From: an uncultured Spirochaetales bacterium
Lineage (GTDB): Bacteria > Spirochaetota > Spirochaetia > Sphaerochaetales > Sphaerochaetaceae
Length of the DNA stretch: 64,000 nt
Assembly (NCBI GenBank): GCA_944390045.1
Contig: CALXOO010000004.1
Coordinates: 4,464 to 68,463 of the forward strand
Direction of reading: 5' to 3'
The position numbers and the translations under genes are program-made. The notes under the pieces were generated by a model. The model was not told the DNA's origin and searched no databases. It worked only from the letters and a program-made list of their open reading frames with translations. Shown here in pieces: positions 62,482 through 64,000 of this stretch (positions are counted from its first letter, which is position 1; every line of letters starts with the position of its first letter).

Positions 62482-63888
62482 ATGAAAGACAAAAGACCCA
62501 ATGTCCTGATGATCCTTATCGACGACATGGGATGGAAGGATCTGTCCGGATGCGGAAGTTCCTTCTATGAGAGTCCGAACATCGACGCACTGATGAGACA
62601 GGGAATGATGTTCGACAACGCCTATGCCTCCTGCCCGGTATGCTCCCCTTCAAGGGCAAGCATACTCACGGGGAAATATCCCGCGACAGTGGGGGTCACT
62701 GACTGGATAGACAACAGTGGAGAATGCCATCCCGTGAAGGGCTACCTTGTCGATGCCCAGTACATCAAGCATCTGCCGCTCGGGGAATACAATCTTGCCC
62801 GCTGCATGAAAGACCATGGCTACAGGACCTATCATGTTGGAAAGTGGCACCTCGGCACTCAGGAGTACTACCCTCAGAAGCAGGGTTTCGACGTCAACAT
62901 CGGAGGCTGTCATCTCGGTCATCCTCATCACGGGTACTTCAGTCCCTACCACATAGAAAACCTGCCGGACGGCCCTGACGGTGAATACCTCACCGACAGA
63001 CTGACAGATGAGGCAATAAGGCTGATCAGGGAGAACGGAGACAGGCCATTCCTGATGAATCTTTGGCACTATACAGTCCACACTCCGACGATGGCAAAGG
63101 AGGAGGACATAGAACATTTCAGAGCAAAGGCCAGAAAGATGGGGCTGGACAGAGTCGATCCGTTCGTAATCGGCGAGCACTTCCCCACAGAACACAAGAG
63201 GGACCAGCGCGTGACCCGGAGGATCATACAGTCAGATGTCGTCTATGCGGCGATGATCCGTAATCTCGACATGAACATCGGAAGGCTGCTGGATGCGCTC
63301 AGGCAGGAAAATCTTCTGGATGACACGATCATCATACTCACCAGTGACAATGGCGGACTCTCGACTGCCGAAAGCTCACCGACCTGCAACTTCCCGGCAC
63401 GTGAGGGCAAGGGATGGATGTACGAAGGAGGCACAAGAGTGCCGCTCTCAATCACCTTCCCTGCAGCAGTCAAGGGGGGCATGCACAGCCAGGTTCCGAC
63501 TTCGAGTCCAGACCTTTATCCAACGATTCTGGAGCTCTGCGGCCTGCCGCTTCAGCCGAAGCAGCATGTGGACGGAATCAGCCTTGTTCCGGCGCTGAGG
63601 GGCGAGGATATGGAGGAAAGACCGCTCTTCTGGCACTATCCTCACTACGGGAATCAGGGTGGAACACCCGGCTCCTCCGTGAGGCTTGGAAGCTGGAAGC
63701 TGATCGAGTTTTTCGAGGACATGAGATGTGAGCTGTACAACCTTGACAATGACCCTGGAGAGGCCTTCGACCTCAGTGCCTCCATGCCGGAAAAGACTGC
63801 TGAGCTACGAAACCTGCTCCATGCATGGAGAGACTCGATACAGGCGAAGATTCCACAGCCGAATCCGGACTGGAAACCCGGCATCTGA
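62482..63888 (+). CDS. Cys-type sulfatase without signal peptide (cytoplasmic)
   Basis: MKDKRPNVLMILIDDMGWKDL (metal-binding DD) and SCPVCSPSRASILTGKYP (C-x-P-x-R formylglycine motif). No hydrophobic N-terminus. Confidence 0.88.
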   Translation: MKDKRPNVLMILIDDMGWKDLSGCGSSFYESPNIDALMRQGMMFDNAYASCPVCSPSRASILTGKYPATVGVTDWIDNSGECHPVKGYLVDAQYIKHLPLGEYNLARCMKDHGYRTYHVGKWHLGTQEYYPQKQGFDVNIGGCHLGHPHHGYFSPYHIENLPDGPDGEYLTDRLTDEAIRLIRENGDRPFLMNLWHYTVHTPTMAKEEDIEHFRAKARKMGLDRVDPFVIGEHFPTEHKRDQRVTRRIIQSDVVYAAMIRNLDMNIGRLLDALRQENLLDDTIIILTSDNGGLSTAESSPTCNFPAREGKGWMYEGGTRVPLSITFPAAVKGGMHSQVPTSSPDLYPTILELCGLPLQPKQHVDGISLVPALRGEDMEERPLFWHYPHYGNQGGTPGSSVRLGSWKLIEFFEDMRCELYNLDNDPGEAFDLSASMPEKTAELRNLLHAWRDSIQAKIPQPNPDWKPGI

Positions 63889-63925
63889 TCACAGGAGAAA
63901 GGCATCAGGTGAGCAGTCAGATCAC

Positions 63926-63955
63926 AGGCCGGAGGCTCATGCTTCCGGCCTTTTC
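63926..63955 (+). terminator. terminator after the sulfatase gene
   Basis: AGGCCGGA (63926-63933), 10-nt loop, TCCGGCCT (63944-63951), then TTTTCC. Confidence 0.55.
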
Positions 63956-64000
63956 CACACGCAAATGAACAGAGAAGAACTGATCAGATACCTCAGAGAT

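Noticed and set aside
63965-64000. ATG followed by MNREELIRYLRD at the right edge
   Set aside because: Only 12 codons are visible and there is no clear RBS. This is too little to call a gene.
1-64000. CRISPR arrays, rRNA genes, retron/DGR reverse transcriptases, restriction-modification or toxin-antitoxin pairs
   Set aside because: Reading through the intergenic regions, I saw no regularly spaced direct repeats and no ORF with RT, Cas, methyltransferase or classic toxin-antitoxin motifs. This was a visual scan only, not an exhaustive computational one.

Overview
64-kb chromosomal window from a GC-rich, sugar-fermenting bacterium. A Spirochaetota (Treponema/Sphaerochaeta-like) origin is a tentative inference only, based on binding proteins whose signal peptides end in FANG/FATG, a split archaeal-type glutamate synthase and a minimal SufCB. 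I can support about 58 protein genes, one tRNA-Leu(CAA), one complete IS200/IS605-family element and several disrupted genes.

Gene order:
- topA (partial, open to the left edge)
- exported hypotheticals, a SurA-like chaperone, DUF2804 and a DEAD-box helicase
- a PlpD-like patatin/beta-barrel protein
- an AT-rich islet (about 10.4-13.6 kb) holding small exported ORFs, a gene split at a T7 tract and a polymerase/serine-recombinase fusion remnant, ending at tRNA-Leu
- uxuA-gntR-uxuB
- an orphan oadB plus a 40-codon membrane ORF
- a CUT1 ABC transporter, lacI and malQ
- ykgJ
- a three-gene glutamate synthase
- pyrG, asnB, sufCB
- an IS605-type tnpA/tnpB element inserted in a gene
- araC, a ribose-type ABC transporter, an RraA-like aldolase, an IlvD-type dehydratase, an SDR, a lactonase and iclR
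- a low-GC fic islet
- DUF5107-TPR, a mutarotase-like gene, a frameshifted GNAT, a membrane protein and araC
- a CUT1 ABC transporter, a GH112 phosphorylase and a signal-less sulfatase

I saw no CRISPR array, rRNA or recognisable multi-gene defence or secretion cluster.

Most noteworthy observations:
1. An apparently intact TnpB/TnpA element. Its ends can be placed so that excision restores one open reading frame.
2. A roughly 65-bp upstream module with AAATTGCTG repeats phased at 21 bp, shared by two distant sugar loci, with a weaker third copy.
3. Terminator-type hairpins in the 5' leaders of three glutamine-amidotransferase loci (glutamate synthase, asnB, pyrG).
4. A T7 tract at a UUU-UAA site that separates two halves of an exported protein.

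All product calls rest on motifs I recognised by eye. No database search or RNA folding was run.
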